A DNA stretch of 64,000 nucleotides, from positions 1,824,001 to 1,888,000 of the forward strand of contig CAVSGO010000007.1 in NCBI GenBank assembly GCA_963727525.1, read 5' to 3'. Position numbers and translations under genes: made by a program. Numbering within the stretch: the stretch's first letter is position 1; every line of letters begins with the position of its first letter. This stretch comes from an uncultured bacterium (lineage in GTDB: Bacteria > Krumholzibacteriota > Krumholzibacteriia > LZORAL124-64-63). The notes beneath the pieces were generated by a model. The model saw nothing but the letters and a program-made list of their open reading frames with translations, was not told the origin of the DNA and made no database searches. This document shows positions 51,007 through 61,136 of this stretch, in pieces.

Positions 51007-51044
51007 GAACGGCCCGGCATCCCGAGGCGGGCGCCGGGCCGTTC
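51007..51044. terminator. Hairpin between convergent genes
   Basis: GAACGGCCCGGC...GCCGGGCCGTTC. Confidence 0.65.
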
Positions 51045-51057
51045 GGAATCGCGGCCG

Positions 51058-51439
51058 TCAGTGCGAGACCTTCGGCTCCATTTCCTTGGCAGCCTCGACC
51101 CACTTGGCCACGGTCGCGGCAGGTGGCGACGTGCGCGCCAGATTCTTCGCCGCGTTGACCTCGTCCATCTTGTTCGCGAGGTTCTCGGCCACTCGGGTTC
51201 GCAGCTCCTTCACGGTGTCCACGCCGACCGCCTCGAGCAACTCGGATAACTGCGGCCCGACGCCGGAGATCCGCATCAGATCAGCGAGGTTGGTCCACTT
51301 GAGCAGGAGTGCCTCGGAAAGACCCGTGACCGCCGCCACACTGGCTCAACAGGTCGTCCGTCGTCTCGATGCTGGCCGCGCCCAGCTTCTCCGCGTAGGA
51401 AGGGCCGATACCCTCGATCTCGTTGACCTTGTACGCCAT
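51058..51439 (-). pseudogene. DUF4332-like HhH protein, frameshifted by a small deletion
   Basis: MAYKVNEIEGIGPSYAEKL...LLSQCG in one frame; AAVTGLSEALLLKW...ADLMRISGVG...GVDTVKEL in another. Confidence 0.75.
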
Positions 51440-51710
51440 CGTCGTCACGTCCTTTCGTTGGTGCACGGAAAATCGACCGTGCAGGTTGGTTCCAGCCGAC
51501 GAGTTTCTCGAGATCCGGAATGTGCTGAAGGATCCTGGCGACCGGCTGCCGTCCGTCATTCCAGACACGCGGTCGAGATGCGGGGTCACACGATATCGCA
51601 ACTTGGCGGTGTTGTTCACCCGGTTCATCGAATTGCGTTGCCACCGCGGCCCGGTCATCTATTCTTGAAGCGATCGGACCTCCTATCAATCTGGCGAAAC
51701 CGGTGGCTTC

Positions 51711-52604
51711 ATGGTCGAACGCACCGCACTGGACCGCCGCGGTCTCGTCCACCTCGGGATCGTCTACGTCGTCTGGGGTAGCACCTATCTCGGGATCCGC
51801 GTGGCGGTACGCGAGGGATCGGGGTTTCCGCCGTTCGCCATGGCGTGCCTGCGTACGGAGGTCGCGGCGATCATCTTACTGACCTGGGCAGCGCTTCGTC
51901 GCGAGCGCTGGCGCTTGACACGCAGCGAACTGGCCCTCCTGGGTGGAAGCGGCGTGTTGCTCTGGGTCGGCGGCAACGGTCTCGTGAGCTGGGCCGAGAA
52001 GCATACGGCCTCCGGCCTCGCCGCTTTGCTCGTGGCTGCCATGCCGATCTGGGCCGAACTCATCGTCCTGGTCCTCGATCGCCGACCACCCGCCCGGCGC
52101 ATGGTGGCCTCGATCGCACTCGGGTTCGCCGGGGTCGGCGTGCTCTCGTGGCCGGTGCTGCGCCAGGGCACCCGCGCCGATGTCTTCGGTGTGGTCGGGC
52201 TGTTGCTCGCTCCGTTCTTCTGGGCTCTCGGCTCGATCTGGTTGCAGCGACGCCGGCCTGATCTCGGCGTGCGCGTGATCTCCGGCTGGCAACATGCGCT
52301 GGGCGGACTCGGCCTGTTCGTGGCCGCCTGGTGCCACGGAGAGCCCCTGCCCCAACCGACGGCTCAGGCCTGGTTGGCCTGGGGTTACCTCGTGCTGTTC
52401 GGTTCGGTGATCGCCTTCACGTCCTACATGGCGGCCCTCCGGTCCCTGCCTTATGCGGTCGTCGTCACATACACCTACGCGAATCCGGTCATTGCCGTAT
52501 TCCTGGGCCGGCTGATCCTGCACGAGAGCGTGACGGGTTGGACCCTCGCCGGTTCCGGCTTCGTGGTCGCCGGCATCACGGGCGTCTTCCACAACCGGCG
52601 CTGA
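51711..52604 (+). CDS. EamA/DMT family transporter (YedA-like)
   Basis: VWGSTYLGIR, FGSVIAFTSY and YANPVIAV. Confidence 0.92.
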   Translation: MVERTALDRRGLVHLGIVYVVWGSTYLGIRVAVREGSGFPPFAMACLRTEVAAIILLTWAALRRERWRLTRSELALLGGSGVLLWVGGNGLVSWAEKHTASGLAALLVAAMPIWAELIVLVLDRRPPARRMVASIALGFAGVGVLSWPVLRQGTRADVFGVVGLLLAPFFWALGSIWLQRRRPDLGVRVISGWQHALGGLGLFVAAWCHGEPLPQPTAQAWLAWGYLVLFGSVIAFTSYMAALRSLPYAVVVTYTYANPVIAVFLGRLILHESVTGWTLAGSGFVVAGITGVFHNRR

Positions 52605-52610
52605 TCGGCG

Positions 52611-54458
52611 TCACCCGGTCTCCGCTTCGCGGATGAGCGCAAGGAACGCGTCGCCGTAGCGCGCCAGCTTGGACTCGCCGACGCCGCTGATCTGCAGCAT
52701 GGTTTCCGGAGTCAACGGACGGTGCGCCGCCATGGCCGCCAGCGTGCGGTCGTGGAAGATCACGTAGGGCGGCACTCCCTGTTCCGCGGCGAGTTCCCGG
52801 CGCCTGGCCCGCAGCTGCGCGAACAGAGCCTCCGCACCGGCGTCGAGCTGCGTGCCGTCGGCGTCTAGGGCAGCCGAACGCCGGGTCCGGGCGGCGGTGC
52901 GCGCGCCGACGAGCACGTCGCGCCGCAACTCGAGACGATCGCGACCGCGGAGCACCGGGTCGGCTGCCGCTGTGAGGCGCAAGCCGCCGTAGCCGTCTGG
53001 ATCCACGACCAGCAGGCCTCGCGCGAGGAGCTGCCGCGCCACGCTGCGCCACCCGTGTTCGTCCAGCTCGTCCCCCACGCCGAAGGTTGGCAGCCGATCG
53101 TGTCCCCACTGGCGGATGCGGTCGTTCTCGCGTCCGCGCAGCACGTGGATGAGGTGCTGCGCCCCGAAACGCTGACCGGTACGCACGGCGCAGGAAAGGA
53201 ACTTCTGCGCGGCCACCGTGCCGTCGTAGGTTTCCGGGGGTGCGAGACAGGTATCGCAGTTGCCGCACGGGGACTCGAGCACGTCACCGAAGTAGCGCAG
53301 CAGCACCTGCCGGCGGCACGTCGTGACCTCGCAGTAGCCGAGCATGGCATCGAGCCCCTGCTGCTCGCGGCGCTGATGCATGGCGTCCGCGTCCGACCGA
53401 GCGAGCATCTGGCGCAACAGCACGACATCCTGCAGTCCGTAACAGAGCCACGCCTCGGCGGGCATCCCATCGCGGCCGGCACGGCCCGTCTCCTGGTAAT
53501 AAGCTTCGAGCGAGCGCGGCAGATCGAGGTGCGCGACGAAGCGGACGTCGGGCTTATCAATGCCCATGCCGAAGGCGATGGTCGCCGTCATCACCAGGCC
53601 GTCCTCGCGCAGGAACCGCTCCTGATGCACGCGGCGCACCTCGGCGGGCAGGCCCGCGTGGTATGGCAGCGCGGCGATCCCCTGGCCTTCCAGGAAGGCC
53701 GCCGTTTCCTCCGTCTTGCGCCGGGACAGGCAATAGACGATGCCCGCGTCGCCGGGATGCTCCCGTTGCAGGAAGCGCAGGAGTTGCTGGCGCGGTTGCG
53801 TTTTTGGCGTCACGAGGTAGCGGATGTTGGGACGATCGAACCCCGCGACGAAGAGCCGCCCACCGGCGAGCCCCAGCTTTTCGACGATCTCCTCGCGCGT
53901 GCGCTGATCGGCGGTGGCCGTGCTCGCCAGCCTCGGCACGTCGGGATAGCGGTCCGCGAGAACGTCGAGCTGCAGATACTCGGGGCGGAAATCGTGTCCC
54001 CACTGGGAGACGCAGTGCGCCTCGTCGATCGCGAAGAGAGCGAGACCTGTGGGCGGCTCGGCCGCGTGCACCTCGTCGAGCAGGACGAGTGTGCGCTCCT
54101 GCAGGAGCCGCTCGGGCGCCACATAGAGCAGGTCGAGCGTACCGTCGCGCAGGGCCGCCTCCGTACTTCGCACCTGCGCGGCCGTCAGCGTGGAGTTGAG
54201 GTAGGCGGCGCGCAGACCAAGAAGGTGCAGAGCCGCCACCTGGTCTTGCATGAGCGCAATGAGCGGCGACACCACCACGCCCGTACCAGGCCGGAGCAGG
54301 GCCGGGATCTGGTAACACAGAGACTTGCCGCCACCGGTGGGCATGAGCACGAGCGCGTCGCCACCACCGACCACGTGATCGATGATCTCGGCCTGGGCGC
54401 CGCGGAACGAGGGATACCCGAAGACGTTACGGAGGATGTCGCGTGCGTTCGCCGTCAT
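52611..54458 (-). CDS. recQ: ATP-dependent DNA helicase RecQ
   Basis: [40 protein letters not shown]...CGNCDTC, RQC and HRDC domains. Confidence 0.97.
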   Translation of the reverse strand: MTANARDILRNVFGYPSFRGAQAEIIDHVVGGGDALVLMPTGGGKSLCYQIPALLRPGTGVVVSPLIALMQDQVAALHLLGLRAAYLNSTLTAAQVRSTEAALRDGTLDLLYVAPERLLQERTLVLLDEVHAAEPPTGLALFAIDEAHCVSQWGHDFRPEYLQLDVLADRYPDVPRLASTATADQRTREEIVEKLGLAGGRLFVAGFDRPNIRYLVTPKTQPRQQLLRFLQREHPGDAGIVYCLSRRKTEETAAFLEGQGIAALPYHAGLPAEVRRVHQERFLREDGLVMTATIAFGMGIDKPDVRFVAHLDLPRSLEAYYQETGRAGRDGMPAEAWLCYGLQDVVLLRQMLARSDADAMHQRREQQGLDAMLGYCEVTTCRRQVLLRYFGDVLESPCGNCDTCLAPPETYDGTVAAQKFLSCAVRTGQRFGAQHLIHVLRGRENDRIRQWGHDRLPTFGVGDELDEHGWRSVARQLLARGLLVVDPDGYGGLRLTAAADPVLRGRDRLELRRDVLVGARTAARTRRSAALDADGTQLDAGAEALFAQLRARRRELAAEQGVPPYVIFHDRTLAAMAAHRPLTPETMLQISGVGESKLARYGDAFLALIREAETG

Positions 54459-54574
54459 GGGGGCAGACTATGCACGGTCCGGGCCGAACGCCACGAAACA
54501 CCGTCGCGTCGACGGGCATGCACGCGCAGCCGCACCCCTGAGCGTGGCCCCGGCGCGGGCGCCGTCAGCGATCG

Positions 54575-54880
54575 CTAGGTGTGGGTACGTTGGTGCCGGC
54601 GCCACTGGCGATGGCTACGCAACGCTCCGAGGAAGGCTCCCACGGCCACCGCCATGCAGGCCCAGTCGAACCGGATCTGGAATCCGAAGGCATCGACCAG
54701 TCGGAAGTAGGGACCGCTGAAACTCCCCGCAACATACGCGACGATCAGCAGCAACCCGTATCCGCCGAGGTGGCGTGGTCGGACCCGCCGTCCCGTGAGC
54801 GCCCAGCCCAACCCCCCGAAGATGCCGGCCGTCACGAGCCAGCTCACAACGCCAGTAGCATCGCGTCGTTCCTCCTGCAT
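54575..54880 (-). CDS. Small hypothetical membrane protein (possibly a fragment)
   Basis: Three hydrophobic segments. Confidence 0.4.
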   Translation of the reverse strand: MQEERRDATGVVSWLVTAGIFGGLGWALTGRRVRPRHLGGYGLLLIVAYVAGSFSGPYFRLVDAFGFQIRFDWACMAVAVGAFLGALRSHRQWRRHQRTHT

Positions 54881-54914
54881 GTTTCCACGGACCCCGTGTG
54901 GGACAACGGGCAAT

Positions 54915-55456
54915 CTACCCTGCACTACCGGCCGCTATTCGAAGGCCGAACAGGCGACCTGCGCGGCGCATATCAAGACACCTGGCCCTCAGCACATGCC
55001 GCGATGTTGACGGCGCTCCAGTGCGAGTCGGCTTTGCGCGGCGTGAAACGGATCTGGTAGCGCTTGTCGACGCAGAACGACTCACCTGCCACCCCACGCG
55101 AACGGCCACGAGATTGACGATGAGCTGGAACGACCAGAGTGCCACCAGATTACCGAACGCGGTGAGGTAGCCCTGGGTGACGTAGTGCACCGGTACGAAG
55201 ACCAGCGCCGCGATGACCGGTGCCAGCCCGTAGACCCACCAGCTCTGGCGAACTTCGACGAGGCGCAGACATCGCGGGCCGCGATGGCTCACGAGCCACG
55301 ACCACAGCGCGAACGCCGAGATCGACACCAGGACTGCGGGACCTGCGACTCGAGTTGAGCGCCGCCCGTCAGGGCCCACGCGTAGAAGCCCAAGACGATG
55401 CTGCCAAGATTCAGGAACGCCAGGATACTCGAGTGAAGCATGATGCGTCGGATCAT
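54915..55456 (-). pseudogene. Frameshifted membrane protein
   Basis: GGAGG RBS and MIRRIMLHSSILAFLNLG...QVP shifts frame near 55338 into AVLVSISAFALW...HYVTQGYLTAFGNL. Confidence 0.5.
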
Positions 55457-55529
55457 CCCGTCCCTCCTCCGTACTCCGTTCGGGCCGGACTCACCGCAGG
55501 ATCATACCGCATTGCCAACGCTCATTCAA

Positions 55530-55949
55530 TCACGGCATCTCGCCCCGCGCATAGGTCACGAGGAACTGCTGCGTGCCCGCGGCCGTGGTGAACGTCGTGG
55601 TGCGCTCGGGCCCGCCGAGGTTGTAGCATATGCGGAGCGATTCGCCGCTCACCTCGTAGATCGCCGGGATCGTCTTGCCGGCGTTGGGGCCGGCGACACC
55701 GGTGATGTCGAGCGCGCGCGGCGTCGTGTCCGGCACGAAGACGACGGTCCCCTCGTCCTCTTGCTCTCCCACGAGCACGGTATAGTGTCCATCCTTCACG
55801 GTGAGCTGAATCGTCTTCACGACAGCGTCCGGAAACGGCTGGCCGCCCAGCTCTCCGGATACGGCATGCCACGTGCCCTCGACCATGGCGGCCGCCTTGG
55901 CGTGGTGTATCTGGCAACCGGCAGATACCAGCGCGAGTCCGAGCAGCAC
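55530..55949 (-). CDS. TIGR03067-like lipoprotein
   Basis: Lipobox SAGC; EGTW, LDIT...GKTIPAIYE...LRICY...RTTTF. Start uncertain. Confidence 0.75.
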   Translation of the reverse strand: MLLGLALVSAGCQIHHAKAAAMVEGTWHAVSGELGGQPFPDAVVKTIQLTVKDGHYTVLVGEQEDEGTVVFVPDTTPRALDITGVAGPNAGKTIPAIYEVSGESLRICYNLGGPERTTTFTTAAGTQQFLVTYARGEMP

Positions 55950-55988
55950 AGAAACCAGACTTGAAGTTTTCGAGATACGCCTCCGATC

Positions 55989-56435
55989 TCAATCCGGTAT
56001 ATCAGGTTCGACGACGCAGGCCAGCTGCGCGAGAGATTCCTGCCATCCCAGGTAACAGGCTTCGACGGGAATCGCCTCGGGAATGCCTTCCTGCACGATG
56101 GTCAGCTCCGTCCCGCAGGAGACGGCTTTCAATGTGACCGTGGTGATCATTTCCCCAGGGAGATTCGGATCATCGAAGTGGTCGTCGTATCGCAACTTCG
56201 CGTTCGGCACGAGTTCGAGGTACTTGCCACCGAACGATTGCGCCGTGCCCGTGGAGAAGTTCGTGAACGACATCTTGAACGATCCGCCCACCCTGGCGTC
56301 GTCGTGGTGCACCGTGGCGGTGAACCCATGCGGCGGCAGCCATTTCGCCTTGGCGTCGGCGGCGAGGAAGGCACGGTAGACCTTGTCCGGGGTCGTACGG
56401 AGCACGCGGTGGAGTTTCACGGTGCCGGAAGCCAT
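55989..56435 (-). CDS. SRPBCC/AHSA1 domain protein
   Basis: LHRVL...KWLPPHGF...FGGKYLEL...CYLGWQESL. Confidence 0.9.
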   Translation of the reverse strand: MASGTVKLHRVLRTTPDKVYRAFLAADAKAKWLPPHGFTATVHHDDARVGGSFKMSFTNFSTGTAQSFGGKYLELVPNAKLRYDDHFDDPNLPGEMITTVTLKAVSCGTELTIVQEGIPEAIPVEACYLGWQESLAQLACVVEPDIPD

Positions 56436-56439
56436 GGCA

Positions 56440-56946
56440 TCACCTTTCCGGGTTGGGGACCGAGGCGCGATAGACGAGGAAGTCCGTGACGGGCGGCGGC
56501 ACGTCGACACGGCGCAGCATCGCCGCGAGCTGGCCACGATGATAGGTACCGTGGTTCACCATATGAACGCACACGTCGACGAGGAGACTCGCACCAGCCT
56601 TGCCGCTGAGCAATTGGAATGTGAGCGGCCTGGCGAGTGCCCCGTCGTCGAGGCCATCGAGAAAAGCTCGACGTCGCTCGCTGATACCGATGAGCCGCTC
56701 GACGATCGCGGGCAGATCGTCAGTGTCAATCCACTCCGGGATCGCGGACGGGTTCACGCCGTCGAAACGCTCGACCCAGATCCACTCGGCGCCCGTGATG
56801 TGCGCCATCACGCCCCGGATGGAGGGAAAACTGCCACCGAGGTCGCGGTCGGTCACATCGGCGGGAAGTGCGAGCACCGCGGCCGCGCAGCGCGCGTTCG
56901 CCCAGTCGTGATAGCGGAACAGGTCACGCACGTCCGCCACCGTCAT
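56440..56946 (-). CDS. DinB family protein
   Basis: YHDWAN, FPSIRGVMAH and HMVNHGTYHRGQ. Confidence 0.9.
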   Translation of the reverse strand: MTVADVRDLFRYHDWANARCAAAVLALPADVTDRDLGGSFPSIRGVMAHITGAEWIWVERFDGVNPSAIPEWIDTDDLPAIVERLIGISERRRAFLDGLDDGALARPLTFQLLSGKAGASLLVDVCVHMVNHGTYHRGQLAAMLRRVDVPPPVTDFLVYRASVPNPER

Positions 56947-57605
56947 TTTGACGCCGCCTCGTCGCGCCTTCGCAGAAAGACGTGTGGGGCACGCTCACCC
57001 GCCACGTGGCGCGTGCACGCGTAACCCAGCGCGCTCAGATCGAGGTCGCGAAAGAGCGGTTCGCCGCGCCCCAGAAGGACGGGTCGGACGGCGAGATGCA
57101 GCGAGTCGATCAGACGTTCCTGCAGGTACTGCCGGATGGTCGCGACACCGCCGCCGACCCGCACGTCCTTGCTGCCAGCCGCGGTGCGCGCCTGCGCGAG
57201 GGCGTCGTGGATCCCGCCGGTGACGAAGTGGAACTCGGTGCCGCCGGCCATGCGTAGCACGGGCCGCGCATGGTGCGTGAGCACGAAGACTGGGACGTGG
57301 TACGGAGGCTCCTCGCCCCACCAGCCGCGCCAGCGGTCGTCGGGCCAGGGGCCGCGCACGGGGCCGAACATGTTGCGACCGAGGATCCAGGCGCCGACGT
57401 TCGTGAAGCCACGTGCCGCCGTCTCGTTGTCGATGCCTGCCTCGCCGTCCTCGCCGCCGTGCATCTGCCGGAAGACGTGTGTCGGGAAAAACCACTCCAT
57501 CAACTCGGGGCCACGGACACCGAGCGGATGCTCGGAATCCTGATCAGGGCCCGCCCCGAAGCCATCGAGCGAGACGGCAAAGCTTTCGACACGGAGTTGC
57601 GACAT
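56943..57605 (-). CDS. Dihydrofolate reductase-like (RibD C-terminal) protein
   Basis: SLDGFGAGP, ILGRNMF, VFVLTHH, GGGVATIRQYL and PVLLGRG. Confidence 0.9.
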   Translation of the reverse strand: MSQLRVESFAVSLDGFGAGPDQDSEHPLGVRGPELMEWFFPTHVFRQMHGGEDGEAGIDNETAARGFTNVGAWILGRNMFGPVRGPWPDDRWRGWWGEEPPYHVPVFVLTHHARPVLRMAGGTEFHFVTGGIHDALAQARTAAGSKDVRVGGGVATIRQYLQERLIDSLHLAVRPVLLGRGEPLFRDLDLSALGYACTRHVAGERAPHVFLRRRDEAASK

Positions 57606-57724
57606 GGTGCACCTCGATCGCCGTGGCAAAGGGATCCCGGGGCGTCCCGGAGTCTATTACGACAAATATTGTAAAGTATCCGGCGAATCCCGGCAATGGC
57701 TTGCCGCTCGACCGAGCCGAAAGA

Positions 57725-57753
57725 TGAGGCCGGTCGTGCGGCGACCGGCCTCA
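57725..57753 (-). terminator. Terminator-like hairpin after prxU
   Basis: TGAGGCCGGTCG...CGACCGGCCTCA. Confidence 0.7.
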
Positions 57754-57782
57754 ACCTCTCGACCCGGGATGCGAAAGTCAGC

Positions 57783-58493
57783 TCATGGCTTCCAGTGCTG
57801 CCAGACGTTGCCGACCAGGTCCGGGCCCGGCGTGAGCGTCGTGTCCCCCGGCTGCCAGCCCGACGGCGTGACCTCGCCCGTCTTGACGACGTGCTGGAAC
57901 GCCTTCACCTGGCGCAGGAGTTCATGCGGATTGCGGCCCACCTCGGGCGTGAGCACTTCCATGGCGCGGATATTGAAGTCGGGATCGATGATGAAGCGAC
58001 CGCGGATGTCGACACCCGCCGCTTCCTCGTACACGCCGTAGACGGCGCCGATCTGCCCGCCGGCGTCGGAGAGCATCGGGAAGGGCACGCCACCCTCCAC
58101 CATCTTCGCCAGCTCCGCGGCCTGCCAGATCTTGTGCACGAATCGGCTGTCGGTGCTCATGGCCAGCACCTGCACGCCCAGCTTGTCGAACTCGTCCCTG
58201 AGGGCTGCGACCGCAGCCAGCTCGGTGGGTCAGACGAAGGTGAAGTCACCCGGGTAGAAGCAGAGGACGATCCACTTCCCCTTGTGGTCGCTCAGCCTGA
58301 CTGGCAGAAAACCCTTGCCTTCGACGTAGGCGGTGGCCTCGAAATCCGGCGCGGGATGGCCGACCCTCGCATGCATGCGCGGTACCTCCTGGACGGTCGT
58401 GGCCGCGACCTGCGACGGGGCGTTATCCTGGACGATGGGCCCGCGCGCCGGCTTCACGCAGCCGTCCTTCTCCTTGGGTTGGGTCATGGTCAT
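57783..58493 (-). CDS. prxU: Selenocysteine-containing peroxiredoxin (AhpC/PrxU type)
   Basis: [15 protein letters not shown]: the UGA (58232-58230) sits at the peroxidatic Cys position. The two track ORFs are in the same frame. AAGGAG RBS before ATG 58493. Confidence 0.93.
58203..58218 (-). promoter_or_regulatory. Putative SECIS element of prxU
   Basis: GGCUGC-GGUC-GCAGCC hairpin 11 nt after the UGA. Confidence 0.75.
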
Positions 58494-58540
58494 GAACTCC
58501 TTGCTGCCGGACGGGATGGTCCCGGCTCCAGAAAGGTAGC

Positions 58541-58555
58541 TTAGACGTTGTCTAA
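58541..58555. promoter_or_regulatory. Candidate PerR/Fur-family operator upstream of prxU
   Basis: 15-bp palindrome TTAGAC-GTT-GTCTAA in an AT-rich region. Confidence 0.5.
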
Positions 58556-58600
58556 CGTAAACCGTTATCAATTCAATAGGATATACGGCCCGGGCCTATG

Positions 58601-59232
58601 TCAGAAATGCAATCCGAGGAGCACGTCGATCGCCTCGACGTTCGCGCCGTAGGTGAACCCGTCGGCCTCGTCGAGGCCCGAGAGGGTGCGGCTGGCGTGG
58701 ATCTCGACGCTTCCCTCCCACGGGCCGAAAGGCACCTCGACACCCGCCCCCAGCACGGCGGCAACCTCCGAGGATTCGGCCCAGCCCGAGATGCGCGTGG
58801 TGTCCCACGTCAATTCGGACGATACGGGCCGGCGCCACGTCACACCCCCGATCAGCACCGGATGCCACCGCTGGCGCTCGCGGAATCGATGGCGCAGGCA
58901 GAGAGGGACTTCCAGGTAATCGATCCGGTAGGTCGCCTCCCTGACCTCGGCGAGCGGTCCATCGGGATAGGACAGCTCGTCCCGGTACGCACCGCCGCGA
59001 CGGCTGACGAAAAGACCCGATCGCACGGACAGGTTGGGCGCGAGTTCCAGCGCCACGGTGGGGCCGACGATCACACCTTCGCGCCAGTGCGATCCCCCCA
59101 GCCGCGCATGTCCAGGCGCGACGACGAGAGGCCGACCTGCGTGCCGAACTTGACGCCGCCCGCGCACGCCGCGCCGACGAAGACGCCTGCGAGTGTGGCG
59201 ACCACCGCCGCGGTCCTCATGATCGTGCGCAT
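58601..59232 (-). pseudogene. Outer-membrane beta-barrel (PorT-like) protein, frameshifted at a G6 run
   Basis: Signal peptide plus KFGTQVGLSSS in one frame; RRGG...DYLEVPL...LLGLHF (terminal Phe) in another. One extra G at 59094-59099 restores the frame. Confidence 0.7.
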
Positions 59233-59243
59233 CGCGTCCACCT

Positions 59244-59913
59244 CTAGCCTGGGTTCGCGCCGCGTACGTGGCGGCGGATCCTCGCCACCGCCACCCGGTA
59301 GAAGTCTTCCCACTGCCCCGGATTGATCGCCACACGCACCATGCGCACTCCGAAGGCCTCGAGCATCTCGAGCTTGCGTTCCTCGGCACGGTGTTCGCGG
59401 ATGCCTGTCTGGCGCGGATGATAGTAGCGAATCGTACCCGTGATGTCTCGTCCGTCGGCAAGCATCCGCGCACGATAAGAGAGGATCCACCACAGGTGCA
59501 TCTCCACCGTGTCGAGCGCGAGCCCGAGGATGTGCACGTCGGTGGTGAAGAACAGATCGACCCAGGAATAGAGGGGCATGTCCGGCGACAGCCGACCGAT
59601 CAACGGCGGCGGGCGGAACCCGCGATACGCGGGACGCGACGTCGTGTACTCCCCGATCTTCTGCAGCGCTCCGGCGTAGTGGTCGTAACCGAGCATGATC
59701 GCGCGAGGCGCCGTCACGTCGCCATGGAGATGCCAGAAGTACCGCCCGTCGATGGGGAAATGTCGGAACAGGCTGTATCGCTGCTCCCTCACCACCGCGG
59801 CGCTGCGCAACCGTATGTGTCCGTTGGCCAGATGCTCGAACACCGTGTCGTAGTTGGTCGTCAAGAAGTGCTGCAGACCAAGGGCGAGAATATCCGCATG
59901 CAATCGATGTAAC
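59244..59913 (-). pseudogene. SIR2-like domain protein, N-terminally truncated at the IS
   Basis: FLTTNYD, WHLHGD...IMLGYDHY and HILGLAL...E; no start or RBS before the IS end. Confidence 0.75.
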
Positions 59914-61136
59914 GTGCCACGAAGAATGTTGACCGGTCCAGCGCTTGCCTGGGCCCGTCTTCATGAACACCAAAACACTCACTTCATGCCCTACGCTTCC
60001 GCCCCACTGCCCCAACCCTAACTGCAAATACCACAAGCCTCAGCCGCAACCCTGGCCCTTCGCGCTCTTCGGCACGTTCTCCCGAAAATCCCCGCCCTAC
60101 ACCGTCCAACGTTACCTCTGCCTGGCCTGTGGCAGAACCTGCTCAGACCAGACCTTCCGCACCACATACTGGCTCAAACGCGCCGATCTCCTGCCCAAGG
60201 TCCACAAGCACGCCGTCTCTGGCGCCGCCAACCGCCAGATCGCCAGGCTCCTCGACACCTCGCCGACGACCGTCGACAACCTCCTCGCTCGCCTCGGCCG
60301 ACACTGCATCCTCTTCCATCGACACCTGGTGTCCCAGGCGTCACCCTTCGTGGACATTGCCATCGACGGGCTCGTCACCTTCGAGCACTCCCAGTACTTC
60401 CCCTACGAGATCGTCGCGGCCGTCGATCGCCGCTCCAGCTTCATCATCCACTTCGCCGAGGCCGAGCGACGACGCAGCGGGGCGATGACCGACGAGCAGC
60501 AATGGAAACGGTCCCTCTTTGAACAAAACTATGGCCGGCCGGACCCCAGGTCGTTGATGCGGGCGCTGCTCGAGGTGCTCTCGGTCTCGCTCGACGGCGC
60601 CACCGAGGCCCACATCTGGAGCGACAAGCACAAGACCTATCCCTATGCGATCGCGAAGCTACGGTACGGCAAGGTGATCCACGAGACGATCGACTCCCGT
60701 GAGCCGCGGACGAGTCGCAACCCGTTGTTCGAGGTCAACTTGCTGGACATGTTGCTGCGGCATTGTCTGAAAGACCACACGCGGGGGACGATCGCGTTCG
60801 GAAAGCGACGCCAGCATTCGATCTACCGGCTGGCGATCTTCCTGGTGTGGCGCAACACGATCAAGTTGCGTCGGGAGAAGCGGTGCTGGAGCACGCCGGC
60901 GATGCAGATCGGGATCGCCACGAAGCCCCTGACCGAGGAGGAGGTGTTGTCGCGGCGGCTGTTCGTGTCGCATATCGAGTTGCCGCCGTTGTGGGATGAC
61001 TACTACTGGCGACGGGTCGAGACGCGGCCATTGAAGGTGAACCGGAGGCACAAGCTGACGTACGCCGCGTAGTGAGAAAGTCGGGCCTAGCGGGCGAGAT
61101 CGCGGTGCGAAGCCTCATCAACATTCTTCTTGGCAC
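59914..61136 (+). mobile_element. Insertion sequence with 19-bp terminal inverted repeats and AAC on both flanks
   Basis: GTGCCACGAAGAATGTTGA (59914-59932) vs the reverse complement of TCAACATTCTTCTTGGCAC (61118-61136), 18/19 identical; AAC at 59911-59913 and 61137-61139. Confidence 0.88.
59963..61072 (+). CDS. Transposase (IS1/IS1595-like: zinc ribbon, HTH, RNase H-like DDE region)
   Basis: CPNPNC...RYLCLACGRT zinc ribbon; NRQIARLLDTSPTTV HTH; IAIDG, WSDKHKTY and TPAMQIGI. Confidence 0.8.
   Translation: MNTKTLTSCPTLPPHCPNPNCKYHKPQPQPWPFALFGTFSRKSPPYTVQRYLCLACGRTCSDQTFRTTYWLKRADLLPKVHKHAVSGAANRQIARLLDTSPTTVDNLLARLGRHCILFHRHLVSQASPFVDIAIDGLVTFEHSQYFPYEIVAAVDRRSSFIIHFAEAERRRSGAMTDEQQWKRSLFEQNYGRPDPRSLMRALLEVLSVSLDGATEAHIWSDKHKTYPYAIAKLRYGKVIHETIDSREPRTSRNPLFEVNLLDMLLRHCLKDHTRGTIAFGKRRQHSIYRLAIFLVWRNTIKLRREKRCWSTPAMQIGIATKPLTEEEVLSRRLFVSHIELPPLWDDYYWRRVETRPLKVNRRHKLTYAA

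Noticed and set aside
51440-51710. Possible structured RNA in the intergenic region upstream of DUF4332
   Set aside because: No recognisable riboswitch consensus or convincing long stem by eye; it would need an Rfam scan.
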